This document shows positions 37,536 to 48,670 of a stretch of DNA of 64,000 nucleotides, piece by piece. A program made the translations under genes and the position numbers. This DNA comes from Camelus ferus (Eukaryota). The first letter of the stretch is position 1; every line of letters begins with the position of its first letter. The notes beneath the pieces were generated by a model. It did no database searches. It saw only the letters and a list, made by a program, of their open reading frames with translations, and was not told where the DNA came from. Location: assembly GCF_009834535.1 (NCBI RefSeq), contig NC_045696.1:66836001-66900000 (forward strand). Reading direction: 5' to 3'.

Positions 37536-38334
37536 AAACGGAAGGTAAAGAATGAAAGAATCTCTTTGGAGCAATACGGCCCTTTAGTCTTGAGAAGTTC
37601 TCCCCGTTCTAGAGGAGGACCACGTCACGCCGTGAGCCCTTTCACCCACCCGCATCCCGTGCTGCAGTCATGATATTTCACCAACTGCTTTCCTGCAGTT
37701 GTCTAGGATGTAATGTCTAGGATGTAATCAAATCTTGTTAGTCCCTAAAACCTTGAATGTAAAACCTTACTGGACCTATTTTTCATCCTAGGTGACATGT
37801 CTGAATTCTGCAGATTTCCTTCTGGTGAGAACATTGGGCACTTTAACACTTTGAGAGCAGGTGCTGAGCTGTTGCTATTCCAGGTCATGCAAAACGGAGA
37901 TTCTATAAATTCAGAAGTAGTGAGCTGGGGCTCTGACTGGCAGGCTGCTGCGATGACTTCATGTTCAAGTATAAAGAGGAGACCGTGTTCCCAGAGAAGG
38001 AACAGAGGATGAAGTCATCATTTTTGGCTGTGTTTGGGAGCTGAAGGTGTCCAACTGTATGGTGGGATATTCAATGTGCTAAATACGATAGGGAATGGAA
38101 CCGATTCACTGGATGCTAAGGAAGGAAGATAGCCCCTTCATGTTTTAGAAATGGCATTTCTCCTGCTTCCCACTGTGTGTGCCGCGCTGGCATCTTGTAT
38201 TTCAGCAACTAAGTTTTTAGAGATAGATTTGTCTCTAGAGTAAGCCAGTGAGTTGGCTATGTGTTATAAATTGTTATCAAAGCATCACACAAATGGTAAG
38301 AACTTTACAAGACAGCCAATGGTAATGGATGTGG

Positions 38335-38790
38335 CTTCATTCTAGCTCTGCCACTCACTAGCCATCAGGCGTTTGGCAAATTATACAATTGTTCTGTGCC
38401 GATATTTCCATCTGTGAAATGGGGATAATAGTAGTATCTACCACATGAAGATGTTAAGCTTAAATGAGTAGATACATATAAAGCATTTAATACAATGCCT
38501 GGCACATGGTTATCTATTATTATAAGTTAGATATAGTGTTCTTTTAGGTAATGTCTTTATAATCTTTAAGAGTTAGAGCCCGGGGGATTATGATCAATGT
38601 AGGCTTGTGTCTCAGCTTTACCATTTAATAGCTACATGGACTTGGCATGTTAATGAATTGCTAATCCTGTGTTTTCTCATCTGTACAATGGAAATGAGAA
38701 AAGCATCTACAAGATAAGATTTTTTGTGAAGATTAAATGAAATAGCATATGGAAGTGCTTGGTATGATCCTGGTGTAACTGGATGTTCAT
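38335..38790 (+). mobile_element. two tandem MIR SINEs
   Basis: tctagctctgccactcactagc...catctgtgaaatggggataatagtagta...aatgcctggcacatgg; a second copy has ttttctcatctgtacaatggaaatga. Confidence 0.8.
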
Positions 38791-39104
38791 TAGTAACTTT
38801 AGTACATACTCTCTACACATCATTCAGTCGCTGAGGCTTTACTATGGATCCAAAGATCCACTGTCTCTAAGAATCCCAGTCTAGTGTGGGAAGTGGGTGG
38901 ATGGTTTTGGTGCAGCGGGGTAAGGGGAACCCTGGAAGTATGTAGAAAAGACCATAAGGTCACAGAGGCAGGAGTGATGTCTGTGTTGCTTTTGAGTAGG
39001 AGTTTTCAGAGCAGAACAAGGGTGAAAGGCTTCCTAGGCAAGACCAATTAGTGAAAGCCACAGAGGACAGCTCATTGACTTTCTTTGGGTTATTTTTTGC
39101 TATT

Positions 39105-39440
39105 ATAAATAATACTGAAGAGAAAGAAAAATATCATATGATATCACTTACATGTGGAATCTAAGAAAAAAAAAACCCACAAATGAACTTATTTACAAAA
39201 CAGAGACAGACTCACAGACATAGAAAACAAACTTATGGTTACCAGAGGGGAAACAGGGTGGGGAAGGATAAACTGAGAGTTTGGGGTTTGGAGATACACA
39301 CTACTATACATAAAACAGATAAACAACAAAGTCCTACTGTATAGCGTAGAGAACTATATTCAATACCTTGTAATGGCCTATAATGAAAAAGAATACAAAA
39401 AGGAATATATACATATATGAATAAATGAAAAAAATAATAG
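39105..39440 (+). mobile_element. young cetartiodactyl-type L1 3' end
   Basis: aatatcatatgatatcacttacatgtggaatctaa...gacatagaaaacaaacttatggttaccagagggga...aataccttgtaatggcctataatgaaaaagaata. Confidence 0.9.
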
Positions 39441-39444
39441 TTCA

Positions 39445-40620
39445 ATGAACAACTTTGTATACAGTCTATATCTGATTTTCACTTTATGATCAATTCCCAA
39501 AAATGAAACCGCTAGGTCAAATGGTGACCATTCTTAAGGCTTTTACAAATATTGTCCTATTTTCCTTCATAATGATGTAACAACTTTAGCAGTATAGGAA
39601 GGTAACCACTTCATAGAAGCCTCTATGACACTGGGTATTAAATTTAAAAGGAAAAGTGCCAATTTATTCATCAAAAAAAATGGCCGCTCAACTTTGATTT
39701 GCCATTCTTTAGATTCTGGCAAAGTTGAGCATTTTTCACATACGTATTGGCCATTTGCCATTTTTCTTTGGGAAATTACCTAGTCATGTCCTGTGCTAAT
39801 TTTCTTTTGAATTTTGTATTTTGCATTGATATACAAGTATATGTGTTAAGAATATCAACACTCAGTCTTCTACATGATGAAATATTTTCCCTAGTTCCTC
39901 TTTTCAATTTATATATGGTAGTATTATTTCAACGTAGACAATTAGAATTTCATATAATAAAATAAAATAGTCTTTTCCTTTAGGGTTTCTACCCTTGCTT
40001 TTACATTTAGAGAGATCTTCAAATTCTGATAAACACACAATAGGGACTCATTTTTGTTGGTTTGATACTTAACTGTTTGACGTTTCTATTTCTCTCACTT
40101 ACCTGAGCACTAATCTGATTTATAACATCAAGTAGCAGAATCCACTCCTTGGATTTCTAATCTGTTTGGTTGATTGTCTACTCCAGCACTCTTACTTACC
40201 ATACAGGTTTAATATTATAAAGCTGGAATATGTTTTAATATCCAATAATGAAAATCTGACTTTTTTTCAATTATTTCTTGGCCATTTACTTCTTTGGATC
40301 CTTTTATCAAATTCTAACCACAAAATAAAAGTCACTAGGATACTGACTGGAACTCTGATGCGTTTGGTGGGAGGGAACTGACATCTTGACGTTATCGAGT
40401 ATTTCCATCAAGATACTGTTTTTTCTATTTTTATTCAGGCCTTTATTTCTCATTGAAGTTTTGTGATGTTTCTTATGTATCTGGCACTTATCTTGTTGTC
40501 ATCTTCAAGCATTTTAAGGTTTTGCTGTTTTTCTAAAGAAAATATTTGCCATTAAAAGTTTCACATGACTTTTCTTGATATGTGGGAAACTGTTAATATT
40601 TAAACATTTGCATATTACTC
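39445..40620 (-). mobile_element. very old L1 (L1ME-like) fragments
   Basis: gttgagcatttttcacatacgtattggccatttg..., gactggaactctgatgcgtttggtgggagggaactgacatcttgac. Confidence 0.6.
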
Positions 40621-41009
40621 TTTAACCTACCTAATTACAAACTTAAAAATTTATACAAATGGCTTTCAAGGTATACAGAGTTCTTTTTGGTGAGTGTGTT
40701 AGTGGCCACAGGAAGGTTTCTGGCTCCACTGGAGAGAGGGGGAGGTGTGGAAATGCATACCTGTTGTGTTCTTCAGAAGAGCTAATTAATAAACAAGAAG
40801 ACCTTTTTGCTCAAAAACTTAAATCTCTGAATTTGGTCCCTTAAATGAGGCAACACATAGCAGATCAGAAGACAGAGTGAGGTGGCATTGCATCTCTGGG
40901 TTGTAACTGGTTGCCTTTCCTTGAATGCAGCCCAGCAGCCCAATGATGGAAGTGGGGAGAGGAGGGACTCCTTCCATTTAACCTGTTTGCAGGTCAAGAT
41001 TGATTCAGG

Positions 41010-41306
41010 TAAACAGAAACAGGCACAAACTCAGAGATGTAGAAAACAAACTTATGGTTATGGGAGGAAGAGGTGGGAAGGGATATATTGGGAATTTGAG
41101 ATTTGCAGATACTAACTACTACACATAAAATGGATATACAACAAGTTTCTTCTGTACAGCACAGGAAACTATATTTCAATATCAATACCTATAATGAAAA
41201 AGTGTATGAAAACAAATATATGTGTGTATATGTGTGACTAAAACATTATGCTGTACACCAGAAATTGACACAACATTGTAAACTGACTATAATTCAATTC
41301 AAAAAA
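41010..41306 (+). mobile_element. young 5'-truncated L1 with poly(A) and TSD
   Basis: gaaaacaaacttatggtta...ctgtacaccagaaattgacacaacattgtaaactgactata plus A-tail; TSD AAGATTGATTCAGG / AAAATCGATTCAGG (12/14 match). Confidence 0.9.
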
Positions 41307-41779
41307 AAAATCGATTCAGGCAACCAGGAGGTGATGTGCATACAGCCTGTGTACTGGAAAAATCTATAGGTCAAAAGTAAGGGGAATGTTTCTATCTCTA
41401 CATGAGTTATGTAAGCTGGGTCAACTAGCACGAGCAGTCTGGACTTTAAAAGTAGACGAAGTTAGAGTCTATTTCTGATCTCTACATTTTTTTTTGAAGT
41501 CTCCTATCTTTTTATACACTTTTGAGTAATGAACTATGGACATAGTAATTTTACTATATAGCATAGATATTTTCTATATAGCATAACAATTAAATATTCT
41601 AATTTGATAATTGTCCTTTGATGCAAATCTGTCCTGATGAAAATCTGCGAATACTCTTTCCCAGAATTAGTAGAGTAAACAAAACCTAACCTGTGTTTTC
41701 AAGCTGGTGTCATAGATAGGTTCTTTGACTTGACGTCATTATCACCTCAGCTCATCTCTGATTTCAGCCCCAGCGACAG

Positions 41780-42238
41780 AGGGCAGTTCTGTGCCAGTTC
41801 AGATAAACCACACATTAATGGAGTCTCTTCTCAAACTCATCTGTCTCTATCTGCATTTGACTTTAAGGCTTTCTCTGATGCTACAAGAGTCTGCTCAGGC
41901 TAGTGCAAGCACAGCCTGGCTAAGCAGAGTTTTAGGAGAGTTGGTACCCACCAAATAATCTTCAGTTAATGGAACCTGAATGAATACCCTAGATTTCTGT
42001 TCTTTTAGCAGAAAATTCAGGGAGGCATTTTGTTTGTTTCTCACAAGATATGCTGGAAACAAGCCCTCACTGCTCATAGCAGTAACCTCGATAAATCACT
42101 TCATATTGACTTTTCTGTTGCCTGTTTTATTTCCTCTGCTTCTTCATTCTTGCTTCCTGGCATCATCACCCAAATAAACTACCAGCCCTCGAGTCCTCGT
42201 CTCAGTCTCTGCTTTTGACAGAACCTGAATGAAGACAC
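41780..42238 (+). mobile_element. ERVL LTR16/LTR33-like solo LTR
   Basis: 3' end cccaaataaactaccagccctcgagtcctcgtctcagtctctgcttttgacagaacctgaatgaagaca matches the LTR16/33-type terminus. Confidence 0.65.
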
Positions 42239-42919
42239 TTGAGATCATCATTCCAAACAATAATGGCAATTGTGTCTTTTGGAGATATGCAGTTTTAGGT
42301 GGTGCCATCCAGGTTCCAGAGAAGTCCCAATTAGAAGTCTTGGAGCATGCTTTCTCATTTTCTTAGGAAAAGAATCCGTCAAATATTGACATACTCAGGT
42401 CACTGGCCACTTCTGTACCAATCTGGGATAAAACAGGTACACTAGTGTATTAACTATCCAAACAAGGTTTTATGTCTTCTTTCTTATCTTCAGAATTTAT
42501 TAGTAAATACATAGCTCAAGAAACCTGGTTTTCTCATCATTATGAAAAATTAATGTTCATTTATGAAATCAATTATACATTGTTGGCTTCATTTACAGTG
42601 TTGTCTGTAATTTCTTTACCACTAAAGTAATAAACACAAGCATTTCAGTTTTCCTTTTATTATTCATAATAATAGCAAAACAATTATTTCCATTTGCTGA
42701 GCTTCTGTCAGATACCGGCTGATGGCCAATTACTTTACATATTACGTTTCTAATTCTTTTAACCCAACGGCAAAGGGGATTATAGCAGTAAAGCCGAGTT
42801 TAACCTAAGTTAAGTAACTTGGAAGAGTGAAAGAGCTGTAGATGATGAAATTGTGGTGATTTTTTTCTTTTTTTTCCTCTTTATTCAGGAATGTCAGACA
42901 ATAAAACACGACTGAATTC

Positions 42920-45150
42920 CTCTCATCAATGTTTCAATGTAGATATCTTGTCCATCTTTTGTTAAATTTATTTCTAAGTATCTGTGCTTTTGTTTTTATG
43001 ATACTGTAAATACCATTGTTTTCCAATTGTTTATTAGTGGTATACATAAATAAAATGGATCTTTTTTGGTATTTGCACTATGAGACTTTGCTAAATTTAC
43101 TTATTAATTCTAATTAGTTACTTGTTTTTGTAAATTCCTGAGGGATTTCTTTGGTTTACTTTATATGTTTCTAATCTCTATAACTTGTTTGCCTGTTAAG
43201 ATTTATTGCCCTGACTGGAGCCTCCAGAATAATATAATTGAATATAATTGGTGAGAGCAAACTTTCTTTTTTACCACTGGAGAGAAGATGGCTCAATGTT
43301 TTATTAAGTAGAATGTTGGCTGCAAGATTTTTGTAGATGCCCTTTATCAGACTGAGGAAGATCTCTTCCTTCGTAGTTCCTTGAGTTGTTATCATAAACC
43401 GATGTTAATTTCTGTCAAATTCTTTTTCTGCATCAATTTAGATGACGACTTTTTTTTCTTTTATTTTGGTAAGGTGGTGGATTAAATTGATTGACTTTCA
43501 AATTCTGGACAAACCTTGAATTTCTAGAATAAAACAACTTAGTCATCATATGTTGTTAGTTTATATATTGAGAGATTTTATTCGCTAATATTTTTGTTAG
43601 GGTCCATATTCATGAAAGATACAGATACGAAAACTCCTTTCTTCTTTTGTAATGTTTGCACCACATTGCTGGCTTCTTATAATGATTTGAGGAAAGTTCT
43701 TTCCTCCTCTGTATTCTGAAAGAATTTATGTAAGAGTGGTATTTTTTTCTTGCTAAATGTTTATTAGATTCACCACTACCTGGACCTAGAGTTTTCTGTG
43801 TGGCTTGAAGGTCTTTGATAATAAGTTCAATGTATTTAATAAATTTAAGGCTATTCAAAAATTTTATGTCTCTAGGAGGCAATTTTGGCAAATTATATTT
43901 TTCAAGGAATATTTCAATTTCATCTATGTTGAATTTATCAGAATAAGGTGTTTATAATAGTTCCATACTATCCTTTTGCTATCTTTAGGTTCTGTTGTGA
44001 TATCCTTTCTTTTATTTTTGATACTAGCTTTTGTGATTTTTTTTGATTAGTCTTGCTAATGATTTAACAGTTTTTCTTAACTTTACAAAGAACCAGCTGT
44101 TGATTTTATTTAATTTTTCTAACGTAGATTTCCGCTTATAACTTAATTCTTTCCTTTCTTCTTCTTAGGCTTTAATTTGCTCTTTTTTTTTTTTTTCTAT
44201 CATTTTGATGTAGGCACTTATGTCATTTATTTTAAACTTTTTATGTCATTTATTTTAAATCTATCTTTTTTTGTAATACAGATATTTAAAGATAATTTCT
44301 CTGTGAGAGAAATTAAACTACTTTGACTACATTCCAATTATCTGTCATTTCTGAGGTTCTTTATTATTTCTTATAGATCTGAGTTTCTATCTGGTATAAT
44401 TTTTTTGGCTTGAAGAATTTTTTTTAACTTTTTTTTTTTTTGATAGTTTGGGCTTACTAACAACAAATTCCCCACATTTTGTTTTGTTGAAAATATCTTC
44501 ATTTCACCATTGTTTTTCAAAGATATTTTCAGTAGATACAGAATCCTGGTTTAACGAGGTTTTGTTTTGTTTTTAGTCAGTTCTGTTTTTCCTTTTGCTG
44601 TTTACAAGATGCCATTATTCTGTTGTCTTTTGGCTGCCATTTTTCTAATGAGAAACCAGTCATCGTTTGCATTGTTTATTCACTACTTACATTTTTTCCA
44701 TTTTCTTTGGTAGCTTTTAAGGTTTTTCCCTTTATTTTTGCCTTTTGTAAATGTATTTGTGGTATGTCTAGGTGTGGTTTCCTTTGTAATTGTTCTGTTT
44801 GGTGTTTTCTGAATTTCTTAAGGATTTAAAGTCAATGTTTTCCCCCAAATTTGGGGAAATTTCAGCCATTATTTGTTTAAAGACGTTTCTCATCCATTAT
44901 CATTTTCTCTCCCTTTTAGGATTTTAATTAAACATTTGCAATATCTGTTGATAATGTCCCATATACCCATGAGGTGCTCCTAATATTTCTTCATTTTTTT
45001 TTCCTTTCTTCATATTGGATAATCTATCTTTGCTTCAAGTTCACTAACACTTTTTTCCTTTCATCTCCAGCCTTCTATAAAGCTCATATGGTGGGTTTTT
45101 AAAAAATTCACTTATTTATATTTTAATTGTAGATTTTATATATTTTCCCT
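42920..45150 (-). mobile_element. old L1 body with degraded ORF2 (reverse transcriptase region)
   Basis: ORF-track remnants FLSLIKGIYKNLAANILLNK...LLSPIIFNYIILEAPVRAI and PKLPPRDIKFLNS...IELIIKDL...LGPGSGE align by recall with L1 ORF2p. Confidence 0.85.
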
Positions 45151-45841
45151 TGTATAGAAACAGACAGATGCATAGAAAGAATGACCTCCTGTGGTTAGTC
45201 TTTTTGTACTAGTTGGTCTTACTTTTGTGCAACACTCCTCAGGAGTTTGGGGGTTATAGCAAAGTGTTTGCTTCTTTATTCAACCAAAATGAAATTCCTC
45301 TGTTAAAGGGTCACATTTTAGATAGCATAAAATCAGATCACTAGGCATTATTTCTATAACTATTAGAATTTCCAAGGAATTGAAAGAATAATGTTTAATT
45401 AGATGTTACTCATCAGTTTATAATTGGGTGAATGCTCACTGATAATATGTTCAACAAGCATGTTATAGCTATAAACAACCTCCAAAAATAAGAAAGGCTT
45501 AGTAAATGTTTGAATAACTGGGTTCTGCTGTGACTTTCTTTGCTAAGGAAAATCATATTTATTTTAAGTTAGATATCAGATATTCATCACATCATTAGCA
45601 CTCATAATTATATGAATATATATTTGGAGTGTTCACACTTTTAAAAGTTTCCTTCTGGGAGAACCTAGGTTAAAATAATGCTTTCATATACTGGAGGCTA
45701 TAATTAAGTCAAAGTTGTACTTAAAATTAAAAATAAAAAAGACAAGCTCTTAAAACAGAAGTGCTAATAAGACCTTAAGTGAACTTTCCTGTCTTAGCTG
45801 TAGAAATTAGCTGACTTTTATCTATAAAAGTGTAATTGATA

Positions 45842-46095
45842 TATTAATTAGATTACATTCTGCTGCAAGTAATAGACACGCCAAGTAACAGTGGCTTTAA
45901 AATAATTTTTCACATAACCAGATGGCTGAAGTATGATTCCAGAATGAATTCAGTGGGTCAGTAACATCATCAAGGACTGGTTCCTCCCTCCTTCCTGCTC
46001 TGCTGCCCTGCATGTGGTGACTGTGCCCTAGACATGGCCCCTCATAGTTTAAAGCAAGATGCAGTGGCAGCGAGTATCACATTAACCTCATCCTC
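45842..46095 (-). mobile_element. old MLT1(K/J/L-like) MaLR LTR
   Basis: attagattacattctgctgcaagtaatagacacgccaagtaacagtggctttaa...cagtaacatcatcaaggactggttcc. Confidence 0.6.
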
Positions 46096-46267
46096 AAGTT
46101 GCTTAGACTCCAATCTGTTTGGGAGTTTTAGACAGAACATACCAAACTGGGACCTGATCCTGTACCAAAACAGCTGCACAGATATAAACACAAGATGATA
46201 ATATCAAAGCAGGCTTGACTTTGTGGCTAGCAGTGGTTAATCAATATTTGTGATATTCCCCTGTTCC

Positions 46268-46699
46268 CAGTGGCATGCTGGTGCCTGTTTATCAGTTGGC
46301 TCTCTGGGGAAAAATAGCCCTGATTTGTAGCATATGTCAGTTTCCATAGGGTAAATACTCCCACTGTGGCCAATTTTTTAAGCTATAAAAATGATGCCAC
46401 TGAATGCAGAGTTGAGAAGAGATGAGTAGCAGCACAGTCTTAAAAAGGAGCAGTTTCGCCACCAAATGCAACTTATGTAAAGCCAAAGGATGTAGATAAC
46501 AGTAAAATGTAGTGAAATAAGAAGTAATGAGTTTTGATTATTAATTGCCTTTACTTTTAATATGATTTACTTAGGTATAAGTTAATATATTTTATTTTTT
46601 AATAATGGCTTTGTTTAACAACTGGTTTGCAAAATTCCTGAACACTTAATAATAACCAGCTTTTCTGAGCAGGTACCAGCAAGCCCTAGCTTACCACTG
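46268..46699. mobile_element. MER63 (B/C-like) hAT-Blackjack MITE
   Basis: CAGTGG...CCACTG termini; gccctgatttgtagc...gtaaatactcccactgtggcc...tgtttaacaactggtttgcaaaattcctgaa. Confidence 0.85.
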
Positions 46700-48112
46700 T
46701 CTCCCCATCAGCCTTCCCTCTTCCACTTTTATTAAAATATACACACGTAGTTGGTACCTATTATCTCCTTCACCTCTTTGCTGATCCCCTGACTCCCCAT
46801 CCCTCTGGTACCATTAGCTTGTTTTTTATGAGTCTGTTTCTGTTATGTTATATCTGTTTGTTTTGCTTTGTTAGATTCCACATATAAGTAAAAACATACA
46901 GTATTTGTCTTTCTCTGTCTGACTTAACGCAATATACCCTCAATCCACCTATGTTGTCACAAATGGCAAGATTTCATTCTTCTTATGGCTGAGTAATATT
47001 CCACTGTCTATATGCACTGTATCTTCTTTATCCATTCACTGTTGGTATATATTTAGGTTGCTTCAGTATCTTGTCTGTTGTAAATAATGCCACAGTGAAC
47101 ATTGGGATGCATGTATCTTTTCAAACAAGTCTTTTCTTCAGATAAATACCAATAAATATAAAATNNNNNNNNNNNNNNNNNNNNNNNNNNNNNNNNNNNN
47201 NNNNNNNNNNNNNNNNNNNNNNNNNNNNNNNNNNNNNNNNNNNNNNNNNNNNNNNNNNNNNNNNNNNNNNNNNNNNNNNNNNNNNNNNNNNNNNNNTGAC
47301 TGGNNNNNNNNNNNNNNNNNNNNNNNNNNNNNNNNNNNNNNNNNNNNNNNNNNNNNNNNNNNNNNNNNNNNNNNNNNNNNNNNNNNNNNNNNNNNNNNNN
47401 NNNNNNNNNNNNNNNNNNNNNNNNNNNNNNNNNNNNTCAATTGGAATTTTTTTTATTGAGTGGTATGAGTTTTCTAAATATAATTTGAATATTAACCCCT
47501 TATCAGACATATTTGCAAATATCTTCTCCCATTCAGTAGGTTGTCTTTTCATTTTCTTGCTGATGAAGTCCAGCTTATCGATTATTTCATGGATCATGCT
47601 TTTGGTATTATATTTTAAAAGTCATTGCCATATCCAAGGCCATCTAGATTTCCTCCTGTTATATTCTAGGAGTGTTATGGTTTTGAGGTTTACATTTAGG
47701 TCTATGATGAAGTTTGAGTTAATTTTTATGAAGTGTGTAAGATCTGTGTCTAGATTTTGTTTTCTTGTGCAGGTGAATGTCTGCTTATTTTAGCAACATT
47801 TGTTGAAGGACTGTCTTTGCCCCAATTTATTACCTATTGTAGTACCTTTTCTCCTTTGTCAGAGATCAGTTGACTATATCATGGGGCTCCCTATCCTGTT
47901 CCATTAATTTATCTATTGTTTCACCAAATACCACTGTCTTAGTCACTTTATGTTAAGTCGTGAGCTTGGGTAATGTAAGTCCTCCAACTTTGTTCTTCAA
48001 TAACTTGTTTACTATTCTGAGTCTTTTGCCTCTGTGTATAATACTGAAAATCAGTTTGTCAATATCAACAAAGTAACTTCCTGGGATTTTGATACAGATT
48101 GAGTTCAATGTA

Positions 48113-48303
48113 CAGTTGACCCTGAACAACACAGGTCTGAACTTCCTGGGTCCATTTATATGCAGATTTTTTTCCAATAACTACATACCACAGTACACAA
48201 TCCACAGTTCATTGAATCTGCAGATTCAGGCCATGGATATGGAGGGCCAACTGCAAAGTTATATGCAGATTTTTGACTGTGTGGAGGGTTGGAGTCCCAA
48301 CTG
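48113..48303. mobile_element. Tigger2-derived MITE inserted in L1
   Basis: TA|CAGTTGACCCTGAACAACACAGG...CAACTG|TA; TA target duplication; the L1 sequence resumes on both sides. Confidence 0.85.
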
Positions 48304-48484
48304 TATATAGATCAGGTTGGGAAGGACACAATATTGAGACTTTCTATCTGTGAACATAGAATATCTATTTTTTGATTTACTTCATCAGTGTTTGGTAGAC
48401 TTTGACATATAGATCTTACTATTATTTTGTTAGATTTATACCTAACTAGTTCCTTTTTGTGTGTGCTAATGTCAATAATACTGT

Positions 48485-48670
48485 TTTTCTTTTTTAAAAA
48501 TTTTTTTGTATTGAAGTACAGTCAGTTACAATGTATCAATTTCTGGTGTGCAGCACAATGTCCCAGTCACGCACACACATACATATATTCACTTTCATGT
48601 TCTTTTTCATTAAAGTTTATTATAAGATATTGAACATAGTTCCCTGTGCTATACAGAAAAATACTTTTTA
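48485..48670 (-). mobile_element. young L1 3' end nested in the older L1
   Basis: cagttacaatgtatcaatttctggtgtgcagcacaatgtcccagtc...atattgaacatagttccctgtgctatacagaa. Confidence 0.85.

Noticed and set aside
37911-38022. Minus-strand C/D box snoRNA (ATGATGA ... CTGA)
   Set aside because: The terminal stem is very weak, I recognised no C'/D' boxes or rRNA guide, and no host gene is evident.
40090-40205. Two strong minus-strand donors (CAG|GTAAGT, ATG|GTAAGT)
   Set aside because: Both lie inside a degraded L1 and lack a convincing partner acceptor or open frame.
43171-43891. Functional reverse transcriptase gene
   Set aside because: The L1 ORF2 remnants are fragmented by stops and frameshifts, so the element is dead.
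44218-44259. Direct repeat TTATGTCATTTATTTTAAA x2
   Set aside because: A local slippage duplication within an old L1 with only two copies and no spacer structure.
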